The translations under genes and the position numbers were made by a program. A DNA stretch of 45,231 bases, the filler included, from Catajapyx aquilonaris (taxonomy: Eukaryota), in NCBI GenBank assembly GCA_000934665.2. It is 2 parts of 2 records of this genome, joined end to end, with 100 filler letters (N's around TTAATTAATTAA, not from the genome) between each part and the next. Parts side by side here need not be neighbours in the genome. Positions count along the whole stretch, not along the records: positions 22,704 to 45,231 come from KZ539428.1; 1 more part is not named here. One strand, given 5' to 3'. Numbering within the stretch: position 1 is the first letter of the stretch; each line of letters opens with the position of its first letter. Under the pieces are notes generated by a model. It saw only the letters and a list, made by a program, of their open reading frames with translations. It was not told the origin of the DNA and ran no database searches. Positions 25,205 through 36,376 of the stretch are shown in pieces.

Positions 25205-25278
25205 TGGCCCGCTTCGCGGGCCAACCGATAGGTGGAGTTGGTGGGCCCTGGCGTTTGCCCCGCTTCGCGGGGCAAACG
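25205..25278. other. Twin GC hairpins with a CGC-TTC-GCG apex, candidate Helentron-type terminal structure
   Basis: TGGCCCGC-TTC-GCGGGCCA (25205-25223) and CGTTTGCCCCGC-TTC-GCGGGGCAAACG (25252-25278), downstream of the PIF1 fragment. Confidence 0.5.
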
Positions 25279-25869
25279 GCAGGGAGGAAGAATAGAAAAA
25301 CAGCTCGCATATACGGTATGTAACGTGGATTTAAACAAGCCTTCTAACGATACATGCCATTATTATTTTTGGATGATTTGCCTTGGAGTTGTCTAGAGTC
25401 AAACACAGGGCTCTATATTAAATAAATGGATAGTAGGAACATGTCTGACATTAATTTCTAAAAGTATCACAGAGTACAAATAAATCACTGGCAATAAATT
25501 CCTTCTGCATAACAGTATCTAAAACATTGGATTAGGTCAACTGAGTCTAAGTGAGTTTTGGCCAATCAACTTGGAACAAATCTGACATTTCTAAAAGTAT
25601 CACAGAGTACAAATAAATTAATGGCAATAAATTAATAGAATAAAAAGGTCAATAATAATAACAACAACAACAACAAAAATTTTAATAGTAATGAACGGAT
25701 CAGGCTAGCCAGTCACATTCAAACGAATCAAACAAAATAATATGTAGAGCGAGAGCAAAAAATAAAGTGCACGCGGTGACTGACTGGAAAAAGAGCGTGG
25801 TGGTCCCCATCCCCACCACCACGCTCTTGATATATGGCAACGTCGCGGTCAAAAAATCACTTTCGCACA

Positions 25870-26702
25870 TATTGCGTGTTAATTTTGATCTGTTTGTTGG
25901 AAGTTGTTAAGCATAATGAGAAGTTTCAAACTCGACTTGTCGCCATATCCGACCCGGCATATTACGCCCGCCATCTTGGAAAAATGGCGGAAAAAACAAG
26001 GTTTTCTGTTTTATCTTTTTAACCGTTCATTTTCTGAAAAATAATTAGACATTAAACATGACGGTAATTATAATTATGTCGTATCGAAGAGTGCTCTATC
26101 AATGTTGTGATAACTGTAACAGTTCAGCCAGAATCGAGCGGACAATGTCCATTACTACCTTCGCCTGGATTAGCGCGGGAAGAATTGTTCAAAAATTCCG
26201 TGCCGCTGTAATTTTAATGATAATTTTGATCTGTTTGTGGGACGTTGTTAAGGACGAGAAGAAGTTGCAAAATCAACTTGTCGCCATGATATTAGCTACC
26301 TATTACAACCGCCATCTTGGAAAAATGGCGGCAAAAACAGCTATTTGTGCTTAATTTTTTGAACAGTTAATATTATGAAAAGACAACTCAAACAAAAGTT
26401 AAAGAGCATGAGATTTACAGTAAATATGTACTTATCAATGTTTTGATAAGTGTAACTGTTCAGCTGAAATTCATTAAGATTTTTCCTATCACAGGATTTC
26501 TAGTAGAGCATAAGAAACATATATATTTTTTCAACTGTACACAATTGTGTACACCTGGTCTCAGGAGGATATATGACCATCTCTGTATCTCCTAAACTAG
26601 AGCCAAACGACGAATTTTATTGTCATTTTCGTGTTCAGCACCTCGGATTTAGTCAAGATTGGCTATTTTCATTTGAGAACTTTTTTGCGTGTTGCCCATT
26701 GT
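25870..26702. repeat. Diverged ~340-bp direct duplication next to a DNA-transposon-like end
   Basis: AATTTTGATCTGTTTGT..CTTGTCGCCAT..CCGCCATCTTGGAAAAATGGCGG at about 25881 and 26223; terminus-like sequence ending at about 26702 (Chapaev/Transib-like, tentative). Confidence 0.55.
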
Positions 26703-27407
26703 AATTAGTGATGTGTTTGCGTAAAGTCAGTCATATTTGGTGACATGAGTTGTGACCCACATAAGGTTTAATATTATGTTCAATTTGAAACCAAGTATAC
26801 GCATGGCTTGCGAGAAAATATGAGGGATGTTTTGCAGATTCATCACTAATAAATTTTAGGGGGCCCAAATTCTGAGACATGTGACCGATGGAATGCCAGG
26901 AGTTTTTCTGGTTACATATTCGAGTAAAGCTCCTTCTATAGTTGCATTATCTTCGTCTTCCTCAGTCTTTTGATGTTTGTTGGGTTTTGACCACTTCCAC
27001 TAACCGAAAACAATATTCGCCAATGTCTAGGTTCCCCTTTATACAGTACTGTACTGCACGTATAGTCAACTTCCGAACACCCTGTTTGTACGCATTTTTA
27101 GCCCCTTTCATTTTCCCCACATCTTGAGTGATAGCATTTTCAGTGTGAGAGAATTAGTGTGTTTGGGCAAGTCTGATCGAATCCTCGCATATGGACTGGG
27201 GTCAAGGCATCGGCCGTGCCGTTTCGGTTTTCACAAATAGGCCCAGGGAGGCCCCCGACCGAAACATGAGGCCCCAAATTGGCGGATTTATATTGGAAAA
27301 AATTTGACATTTAAAAGCCAGTATTGAATTATAGGGCCCATAGACCCCAACCCAAAGAGGGGACCCAAATTGGCTAATTATTATTGCCAAAATTGGGAAA
27401 TTAAAAG

Positions 27408-27825
27408 CAGCGCCGTATACAGGATTTTTGTTCGGGGGGGGGGGGNNNNNNNNNNNNNNNNNNNNNNNNNNNNNNNNNNNNNNNNNNNNNNNNNNNNNNN
27501 NNNNNNNNNNNNNNNNNNNNNNNNNNNNNNNNNNNNNNNNNNNNNNNNNNNNNNNNNNNNNNNNNNNNNNNNNNNNNNNNNNNNNNNNNNNNNNNNNNNN
27601 NNNNNNNNNNNNNNNNNNNNNNNNNNNNNNNNNNNNNNNNNNNNNNNNNNNNNNNNNNNNNNNNNNNNNNNNNNNNNNNNNNNNNNNNNNNNNNNNNNNN
27701 NNNNNNNNNNNNNNNNNNNNNNNNNNNNNNNNNNNNNNNNNNNNNNNNNNNNNNNNNNNNNNNNNNNNNNNNNNNNNNNNNGTTGAACCCCCCGAACCCC
27801 CCCCCCCCCCCTGGATACGGCACGG
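27408..27825. mobile_element. hAT MITE spanning an N gap (27446-27781)
   Basis: TIR CAGCGCCGTATACAGG and reverse complement CCGTGCCGTATCCAGG; 8-bp TSD ATTAAAAG at 27400-27407 and 27826-27833. Confidence 0.85.
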
Positions 27826-28072
27826 ATTAAAAGTCAGTATTGAAAAGGGGCACCCAGAAATGATTGGGCCCAAAGTCCCCACATGTTGCGATTGGGTGTT
27901 TTGCACAGTAGTTCCTGTCAGCTGGTAGGCCCCTCCGAGGCCTGGGAAAGTGTACCCAGCTGCCCACACCCCCCTCTGCAGGGCCCTGGGTTATCCGACG
28001 ATGCCCCAGTCCCACGGGTGACGGATTATCGGGGTTCCACTGTACTACTGTACGTCGTGTATGCTGCTTTAA

Positions 28073-29284
28073 AGGGACACTCCACTCAAAATACAAGTTG
28101 GCCTCTAAAAATCAGGCAAGGAATCCTGATTCCGAGAATGCGATCCGTTTATCTCTGAGGCGAACGGTAATGACAGGGGAAGAGACGAAAGTAGGAATAA
28201 ATTCGACTACTGATCGAGCGTGGAGCCGCCCTCCTGACCAGCGGCTCCCGGGGGAAGTTGGGTACTCGCCACCTGGCGGCTGCCTCAGGAAGTAGGGATC
28301 GTAGCCGCGCGGGTTTGAAAAAATGCAGTTCGGTGGGATATTTCTGGCTGCTGCCAATACTGTCACGGAGGTGTTACTTTCCAGACCTCGCCTTTGCTTG
28401 GCTCCTAATTGTGTACCGGTGGGCTACATCATTCTGTTGCTGCCGCATCAGATCCCCGTAAAATTGGAATTAGTCATTGAAACAGAGCCATTAGCAATCT
28501 TCTGGCCCTAACACATATTAGCTGCTACTCTCAATCGCGTAGCGGTTATTTCAAGATGGCGCAGTCCAGCGATTCTGTCGGGCCCGAATGTACGGTAATG
28601 GAAAAGGATAGTTCGCGACCGTTCGCGACCTAGCATGGAGGCTGCCGAGGGAGATAGCTCCGAACAGTCCGAAGTTCCAGGCTGCCTCCGACCCAGTCCA
28701 CATGGGCTCCTCCCTTATCAATTCGAGCCGTGCGAGGGTGAGGAGCAAAACACTGCCCAGAATGACGGCCTTTTGTCCTTACCTTTCCGTGCCTTTCTCG
28801 TCCATGATGCTACTTGCTTCCGAGGCCTCCACCATATGCCGGAATGAAAGCCAGAAATGACAAGCGTAGGACCTACCCACCTCCTGCCGCTGCCCTAGTG
28901 CTAAGCATAAACATGTGTCCCTCCGGGCCTTTATTAGTCATGGGGATCTGATGCGTAAGCAACAGATGTAGCCCACCGGTACCCAAGCAAAGGCGAGGTC
29001 TGGAAAGTAACACCTCCGTGACAGTATTGGCAGCAGCCATAAATATCCCACCGAACTGCATTTCAAACCCGCGCGGCTGCGATCCCTACTTCCTGAAGCA
29101 GCCGCCAGGTGCCCGGGGTAGGTGTCGCCGGGGGTGGAGGGGCAGGGGGGTTTGCAGCCGGCCTACTTTGCCATTTATTTATCGGATTATCGTTCGCCGT
29201 AGAAAAAAACCCATGGTATCACCGGAATCAGGATTTTTTGCCTGATTTTTAGAGGTCAGCTTGTTTTTTGAGTGGAGTGTCCCT
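28073..29284. mobile_element. Kolobok-like non-autonomous transposon
   Basis: TTAA|AGGGACACTCCACTCAAAA...TTTTGAGTGGAGTGTCCCT|TTAA; second internal inverted block (about 28270-28455 versus 28940-29111); remnant ORF 28635-28847 with PYQFEP. Confidence 0.8.
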
Positions 29285-30690
29285 TTAAGGTTTATGGCAT
29301 GTTTCACCAAGAGGTATATGATCAAACCGTTGTTCTTTCAGAAAATCCATAAGAATATGTAGGGATTTTCCGAAAGACAGTGGTTTTTATCATATATGGC
29401 TCTTGGTGAAACTGGCCCTTAATCAAAATAATAAAATTTCCCATAGATTTTGAGTTTGTCTTCTCAAATAAGTTATAATTCTTCGTTTGGAAGACAATAA
29501 AATTTTTTCGGACTTCCATTTTTAATTTCAATTTTGGCAATTTGGATAATCGGGAGTGTACAGTGTATGCCAATTAAACAAGTTGGAATTAATTCCACAC
29601 TAAAATGCTCTTCAGCAGCCATTTTCCACAGTAAAGTAGCCATCCACCTTATATTCAGGAGTTTCATAATGATGGCTGTGTTTTTAAAATTCCTCCACAT
29701 TTGTTGCTGCTTAACCAAGCTGTTCCTGATTTGTTGGATTGCTTGATGTAGTTCGGAGTGAACTGCAGTCACCCAATGAAGAATTCAAGATATTCCTTTC
29801 ATCATTGAAGACCTTCATGAAAGTGAGTTATGGAAGCATTGTGTATGAGCAATTTAATGCAAATGTATTGCACTTCCCTCCTTTAAAGCTACTGTTTGAC
29901 TGACCCACACTCACATCTAATAAAGACGAAAAGTCCTCTTCACCTTACATATTAACTAAGAAGCTGATTATGACTCACAGTATTTTGTTGTTTCACCTGC
30001 CAATAAACATGTTCTTGCAAATGTCTCACACTCAAATGCACCTGTATAACTTGAACATCCTTATGTCATTTGGCTAGTTCCTCATTCCAACTCTTGATGG
30101 CATTCAGCACCACAGAACACTATATGCCATCTGTTATGAAGACTGGCAAGGGCCCATTATGTTCATGCACCAGAGAACACCCGACTCCAATTGCAGTCTG
30201 GAAAATCCCATTTAAAAAGTGATTGAAATAAGGATTTAATTCTTTAAAATTAACAGGCAAAGGAGCTCAGATGTAATGCAAAACCCCACCATTAACACTT
30301 GGCAAAAATTAATGGCCTACCTCGGAGCATCTTTTGCAAACATCCCAACCATTCCCATTTGTGCCCTTTATTCAAAGGTTTATTAAATTTTATATTTGGA
30401 ATTTGTTTCCTCTATTCCTATCAGCTCTGCTCAGTCACCTCGGGAATAATTAAAAGGAGGGGGGACGAGACATATTTATGTGGCCCAACACTGCCACAAG
30501 CATGCACACGTTGAACTGGAGGATCACATACACTTCTATCGAACCCTAACATTTTACCAAAGAGAAAAAAGTAAAGAAAACCCCCACAAGTTAAGAACCT
30601 ACTTTTTATTTTCATTTTTCCTGCTTTGAAATATATATATATATATATATATTTTTTTGCTTTTGCTTTTAAATATTAATCATGAAACAA

Positions 30691-30696
30691 TTTATT
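30691..30696 (-). terminator. Candidate polyadenylation signal of the HMGB-type gene
   Basis: AATAAA on the minus strand downstream of the 33481 stop; one of several candidates. Confidence 0.25.
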
Positions 30697-31495
30697 GGTC
30701 TCCGTGACTCACAATCACTTTGGGTTCGTAGAAAGGCATTTTCTTTTCTTTTTATGCAAACACGTGTCTCAAAGACAAGTTACCCCAAGGTGCAGAATAA
30801 CACAAGGGGGTGAAAATCTTGAACCAAAAGACAACCATATTCAAAAGAAAAGCCTCACCATACTGTCCAGCCCCCTGCAACTCCCAGCCTAGCCTTACGG
30901 TGACGGTAGTGTACTTAGAGAGTCTCTGCCACCCCGGAATTTGGGGCTGCCGGTGCCCCACAGGCATCTAAAGGCTGTCGAAGAAAAGACTGCTAATCCG
31001 GTTTGGGTTGGCCCTATTTCCCTCTCCCTAGACCGCATATATCCAAATCCCAAGTGGTCCCCACAACGGCCCTCTATATTTGCTCTATATCCGCTGAGGA
31101 TAGGCATGTATCCACAAGGAAGGAGGGTTAGGCTAGGTTATGTTGGTACATGTTGCGGGGGCCACTTGGGGTTTGGCCATATGCCCCCTGACCCCACTAC
31201 CTCTTCCTCCCTCCCTGTCCTGTTCCTATCATCCTGTCCTCCCTGCTCTGCACCTCCAGCCAGCTCCTGACGACACATGCTACTCCTCCCGCGGGAGTTC
31301 TCTGCTCCTTCCCCCAACTGAAACAGGATATCATGTATGACATGCCTTTCCCCCAAAAAGCAGGTATATTTTTACACCTACTTGCATAATTCTGGTATTT
31401 ATTTAAAAATTACATTCGGTTTTATATGCAGCATGGCCTGGCTTCAATTTACAATGAGGTTTTTAAAAGCAATTAATATTTCATCTGTGCAAGTA

Positions 31496-32454
31496 CAGTA
31501 AAACTTCTATAACTGGAACTTCCCTAATTTGAAGTTCTCTATAAGTCGAAGAAAATAATGAGCTTGGTTGGTCACAATGTAAAATAATAGGAAATAAACT
31601 TCCCTAACTCGAATTTCTATAACTCGAAGTTCTCCATAACTCGAAGTGCAGGCAGGGCCTTACGATGGGATATCAATGCATTTTCAGTCTCCCTAAGTCC
31701 AAGTTCATGTTGGCGAGTATGGAAAATTGTCTTATTTCCCAGCCGAAGGGTTGAGAGTAGGCCACATGTACGGAATTGATCAATTTCCTGATCTCCGTCT
31801 ACCAGACGCACCGAAAGAAGTGTTTGACTCGATTGTGACAATTGAATACTTGAATCTGAGAGTATAGGCAAATGTCCATAACAGAGATTTCTTTACAACA
31901 AAACAATGAGGAACATTGTAAGTGTGATAGTGACAGTTATTTTTTAAAGTTTTGAACACCTTTCATCACTGGATGTAAATGTTGTTGTTGTTTTTGTTTT
32001 TTTCAAACGTTACCCCGTGATAAGGCTGAGCCTTTTTAGGAGGGTGGAATACCACCATTTAACTCCATTTTCATATATTAACTTCATTCACCAGTGCAAG
32101 GAGTCAAAGATGTAAGGTAGGGATAGGGATTTTTGGGGAGGGAACATGTGGTGCAAGTGCAATGTCGGTAAAGGCGTCATGTGCTGTTTCCCAGGAGGTT
32201 AGGTTGCCAGACACCTCCTTGGTGCAGGTCAGAGACCCTCCTGACGCAGGTGAAAGGAAAGTTCCCCAGGCGGGGATCGAACCTGGGGCCTTTCACTCAG
32301 CAAGCCATGACGTTACCATCTCGGCCATCTACACCTCCCCCATCACTGGATGTAAATGTAGGCTTCCTTATAGAGTTATGTACTTTAAAAAATCCAAACT
32401 TCTCTTAAGTTTTTTCCCGGTCCCATGGAGGTTCGACTTATATAAGTTTTACTG
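31496..32454. mobile_element. pogo/Tigger-like MITE
   Basis: TA|CAGTAAAACTTCTATAACTGGAAC and reverse complement CAGTAAAACTTATATAAGTCGAAC; internal ATAACTCGAA repeats. Confidence 0.7.
31983..32340 (-). mobile_element. tRNA-derived SINE
   Basis: A box TGGCCGAGATGG, B box GGTTCGATCCC, A-rich tail; 19-bp TSD CATCACTGGATGTAAATGT at 31964-31982 and 32341-32359. Confidence 0.9.
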
Positions 32455-33480
32455 CATTGCTCTATGTTTACCCTGACACAAATGCAGAGTTGCCAGATGG
32501 CGATTTTTTTTCTTCAATGGCAGTATCACCTATTCAGGAGTTTATATGCGTCTGGCAACTCTACTTCAGATTCCCACGAAAACCCATGCAGTCTTTCCTT
32601 GGACAGCCTTATTCCAAGTTGGATTCAGGCGGATGCCTTCTGAACCAACCCAAACAGTCCTTTTCTCTGCAGCTGGGTCTGGAGAGCATTCGCAGACTCG
32701 GATTCGGGCGTCTGGAGGATATAGATGCCTGTGGAGCGCCAGCAGCGCCAAATTCCAGGTTGGCGGAGACTCTCTAAGCACACTACCGTATTGAAGGAGT
32801 TGGGGGCTGGTACTGTGTGTGTGTGTGTGTGTGTGTAAACCAAATTGTGCAACATCCTAAAAATTACAATAGCATGAGGGAGTCAAGTGGATGCTTATGT
32901 TTTTCTTTTTTGTACTTCGGCAGTTCATCCCTCCCAAAAGATTAAAAACTGCACATTCCAAACAATTTAGGGAGTGTGCACCTTACAAATGCTAAGGGGA
33001 AGTGTTCATTGAGGCTGGGGATAAAACAGGGTAGAACACAGTAACTTAAAACTGAAACATGAAAACTGTATCGCACTGACACATTCCCTACTCCATCCTG
33101 CATTATCATCTTATAATAGCAGGGTTTACACACACACACACCCACACTTATTTTTTAAAAACTTGCCGTCACTTGCTCCTTACCACAGAAAAAACGCAGC
33201 CAACTTCCAGAAAAAGGTGATTTTGTTTTAAGTACGGCAGCACTTTTTCCCCCCTAACCAACTCCCACTATATGTACATTGTTCTTTTTCACAACTCCTA
33301 CTCTACCGTTGCTGTCATGCTTGCGTGTGCCAAACGGCAGGGGAGCAAGGAGGTAGGAGTTTTAAATTCTTCATTTAACTTAAGAATGCTGGGGAGAAGG
33401 GTAGAAGATGTGTGAAGAGAAACGGGGATGGTGTCAAGAGTTTGGTAACGAGTAATTGGTTGGATATTCAGTCATGCTGT

Positions 33481-33621
33481 TTACTCGTCATCATCGTCAT
33501 CGTCGTCATCGTCCCCATCCTCCTGATCTTCCTCCTCCTCGTCCTCGTCTTCCTCGCTATCCTTGGTATCCTTCTTCATCGGGGAGCCACCCTTTGCCTT
33601 CTTCTTGTATGCTGTCATCTC
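33481..33621 (-). CDS. Terminal coding exon of an HMGB-type HMG-box protein (end of HMG box plus acidic tail)
   Basis: Acceptor TCCTCTTTGCAG, then phase-0 exon EMTAYKKKAKGGSPMKKDTKDSEEDEDEEEEDQEDGDDDDDDDDDE*; matches the YEK|DIAAY last-exon pattern of HMGB genes. Upstream exons were not seen in the window. Confidence 0.75.
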   Translation of the reverse strand, partial: EMTAYKKKAKGGSPMKKDTKDSEEDEDEEEEDQEDGDDDDDDDDDE

Positions 33622-33857
33622 CTGCAAAGAGGATTATGGGTGTCTTGAAGAGGCTCAAATTCCTACACTTTCACAAAGTTTAGAGTTCAATCTTTAGATA
33701 ATCATCACACTAGACTTGCATGCATTCATTTCTTCATGGCGTTATCCCTTGACAGGGTAGCCATTTCCGTCCCCAGAGCTAATTGAACACCTGTACACAC
33801 ACACACACAGACCTGGCTATCTCAAATGACCAATCTTCTGGTTACTGGTCAGGTACT

Positions 33858-33995
33858 ATCGGGTTCAAATACTTTTGGCCACTTTATCCTGGTCTTGAAG
33901 CAACCCTTCACACACGCACACCTCCTTAACGTGGGGTCTGGGCGAAGAGTTGCTTCAAGACCAGGATAAAGTGGCCAAAAGTATTTGAACCTGAT
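33858..33995. repeat. Inverted repeat, about 52-bp arms, 34-bp spacer
   Basis: GGTTCAAATACTTTTGGCCACTTTATCCTGGTCTTGAAGCAAC and its reverse complement. Confidence 0.9.
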
Positions 33996-34167
33996 TCTGC
34001 TAGTACATGGAGAGGATAATTACAACAGATGTAGTGGAGATGGTAAAATATCAACTTTGACCAGGTGAGAACCCAGCCCCCTGACACAGCCCACCTACAA
34101 TCTACATGTATGGTGACAGTAGGTTAATAACTGTGCCCTGGCCAGACGGCGCTGACGGCGGATGTCC

Positions 34168-34577
34168 CTCCATTGTCTGCCGCCATCTTGAAGACCCACA
34201 CCCATCCGGTGGCCGGCAAGTCAATCTGCCTACGGGTGGGTGCCAAAAATAATATGCCAAAAAAAAAGTACGGTACTGCTCGGTACTGCTAGCTATCTTT
34301 AGTAATGTCTAAATAAAATAAATAGAACACTTACAGTGCTCGGTAAATTGTGCAGAAGGCATTCTGGACACACCAAAAATGTCAAGCGAGCAGGAGGTGA
34401 TTGTAAAAGAGCATTGTAAGTGTACTATTTATTTTCTTTAGACATGACTAAAGATAGCTAGCAGTACCGAGCAGTACCGTACTTATTTTTTGGCATATTT
34501 TTTTGGCACCCACCCGTAGGCAGATTGACTTGCCAGCCAACCGGAATGGGTCTTCAAGATGGTGGCAGAGAATGGAG
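34168..34577. repeat. Long palindrome (about 170-bp arms) interrupting the left arm of the element above
   Basis: 34168-34341 versus 34409-34577. Confidence 0.9.
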
Positions 34578-35009
34578 TAAAACGTCTCCCGACAGGGCCA
34601 CAACGGCCCCTCGCCTGCGCGCCATCGTGCGGGAGGGTCGGGAAGCGCAGCGTATGCGCCGTTCCGTTCATCGCCGATCCGATCACTCCATCGGATCACT
34701 GCTACTGCAATTCCGCTATCCGCTATCCTGCTATCATATATGGTTGTAGTCACATCCGTACGTAGGGCTGCATACGCTCACGATAGGGCTGTATCCGCAA
34801 CGAGTGAAGGTTAGGTTAGGTTAGATTGGGTTAGTACATCGTACCCCTACCCCCTGCCCACATCACATCAAGCAGTGAAAATTAAGCAGGAAATTAATCC
34901 AGCACTGAAAATATCAACACGCTCGCCCACTCCACGTAATTGGTCATTAACGGCGGCCTCACCTCTGCGCAGTATAAGAATCCCCATCGGAAGAAGCTAT
35001 TCCAGCGAT

Positions 35010-35082
35010 GGCTACCGTAGCCTAATGGTTAGCGCGCTGGCCGATAGATCAGAAGACTGCAGGTTCGCGTCCGGCTGAGGCT
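35010..35082 (+). pseudogene. tRNA-Arg-like pseudogene or SINE head
   Basis: A box TAGCCTAATGG, GATCAGAAGACTGCAGGTTCG with B box, then a T run; acceptor stem does not pair well. Confidence 0.5.
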
Positions 35083-35772
35083 TCCTTTTTTTCCCCTCCC
35101 TCTTTTTTTCGTCGTCTTTTCTTCTGTGTCTTTTTTCCCCACTCCGTTCCTCCGTATTTTTATCCAGGAATTTATTTGGTACCGTACAGTACCCTGCAGG
35201 AAGTATTGTCAATCACGCGTCATTTTATGGCGAAAATGCAAAGATACCTAGTCGCAGAATATCGCAATAGCTGTAGCTGCTGCTGAGTAGCAGCTACACA
35301 CCCCGCACGATGGCGCGCAGGCGAGCCGTTTTTTACGTCGTTTTTTGCCGTTTTGTGCCGTTGTTCGCCTGTCTGGAGACGTTTGTGAATGGAGGGACAT
35401 CCGCCGTCAGCGCCGTCTGGCCAGGACACAGTTATTAACCTACCGTATTCGAGGAGTGTCATAGGCCTGTGAGAACCACAGGCAAGGAATCGAGCAGCTT
35501 AACCCAAGGCTTAACCCTTTAACCTGTTGAGGGCAACGACCATCTTATGGTGGCCGAGCATGACGTGCCCCAGGGCCTTGATGATTGGCTACTTGCGCGC
35601 TCATTTGTTCGCATAAAAAAGGTGCCAATGACTTTTAAGCTGCTCTTGCCATGCCATCTCGTGGTTGGTAGTTCAACTATCACGCACTGCTTGACTGTCT
35701 TGAATTAGCGAGGTAAGATGGATGCTGCTGCCCCCTGTTGCCTGAGAGACAAATCTCTGGCGTCAGGCGGTA

Positions 35773-36117
35773 TTTTTTTTTTTTTTCATTACTCCACGGG
35801 GGGAGTTATACTACTCCTTAGGGGGGGGGGGTGGGTTGCCACCTTTGGAATTTGTTTTGGAGCGAGTTTAAGAATAATCTCAATTAGTATGCTCCAAGGG
35901 TGGGTGGGAGGGGATGTGCAAAGTGCAAGTGCAATGTCTCTAATCGTCATTTTGTGAACTCCCCCGGGTGGCTTAGTCTGCCGGAAATTGCCACCCGAAA
36001 CGAAGCCAGAGATGGCCCAACTCTGCACGAAAGAAGGTGGGAACCCCGGGTGGGGATTGAACCCGGGACCTTAACTTCCGTGGGCGCGCGCGTTTCCGCG
36101 GCGCCACTCCGTCTCCC
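35773..36117 (-). mobile_element. tRNA-derived SINE
   Basis: B box GGTTCAATCCC, poly-A tail, TSD TCAGGCGGTA (35763-35772 and 36120-36129); shares core GACATTGCACTTGCAC with the SINE at 31983. Confidence 0.85.
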
Positions 36118-36174
36118 CATCAGGCGGTAATAGGGAGTGACCAGACCTGACCAGACAATACCTTAATATTCTAA

Positions 36175-36373
36175 AGGCCGGTATCCACGTACAAGATTTC
36201 TCGCATACGAGGAGCCAACTGCGCATGCCCGGATCCGAGGAACGAGGAAAAGTTGAAAATTTTCAACTTTAATTTTTCGAGGGACAAGATGCGACAAAGA
36301 GTCCGTCTCGACGTACAAGATTTCTCGCGTAAGAAGACTCGCATAAGAGGAACTCGCACGTCGATACCGGCCT
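36175..36373. mobile_element. PIF/Harbinger-type MITE
   Basis: TAA|AGGCCGGTATC...GATACCGGCCT|TAA. Confidence 0.8.
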
Positions 36374-36376
36374 TAA

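Larger units (their letters stand above)
30896..32790. mobile_element. Inverted-arm element with asymmetric ends (TACGGTGA-arm...arm-TA), containing nested insertions
   Basis: Arm CGGTAGTGTACTTAGAGAGTCTCTGCCA.. (from 30904) is inverted at ..TGGCGGAGACTCTCTAAGCACACTACCG (to 32788), about 65 bp. Confidence 0.75.
34109..35447. mobile_element. Second inverted-arm element with asymmetric ends (TATGGTGA-arm...arm-TA)
   Basis: Arm CAGTAGGTTAATAACTGTG..GATGTCCCTCCATT (34117-34174) is inverted at 35388-35445; arm homology resumes at about 34579-34635 versus 35300-35384. Confidence 0.8.

Noticed and set aside
27202..27969. Long ORFs in the track
   Set aside because: Artefacts of reading through the N gap.
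33412..33648. Plus-strand hydrophobic ORF resembling a membrane peptide
   Set aside because: Antisense shadow of the acidic-tail exon.
35010..35082. Functional tRNA gene
   Set aside because: Acceptor and anticodon stems pair poorly and it lies inside a TE; called a pseudogene or SINE head.
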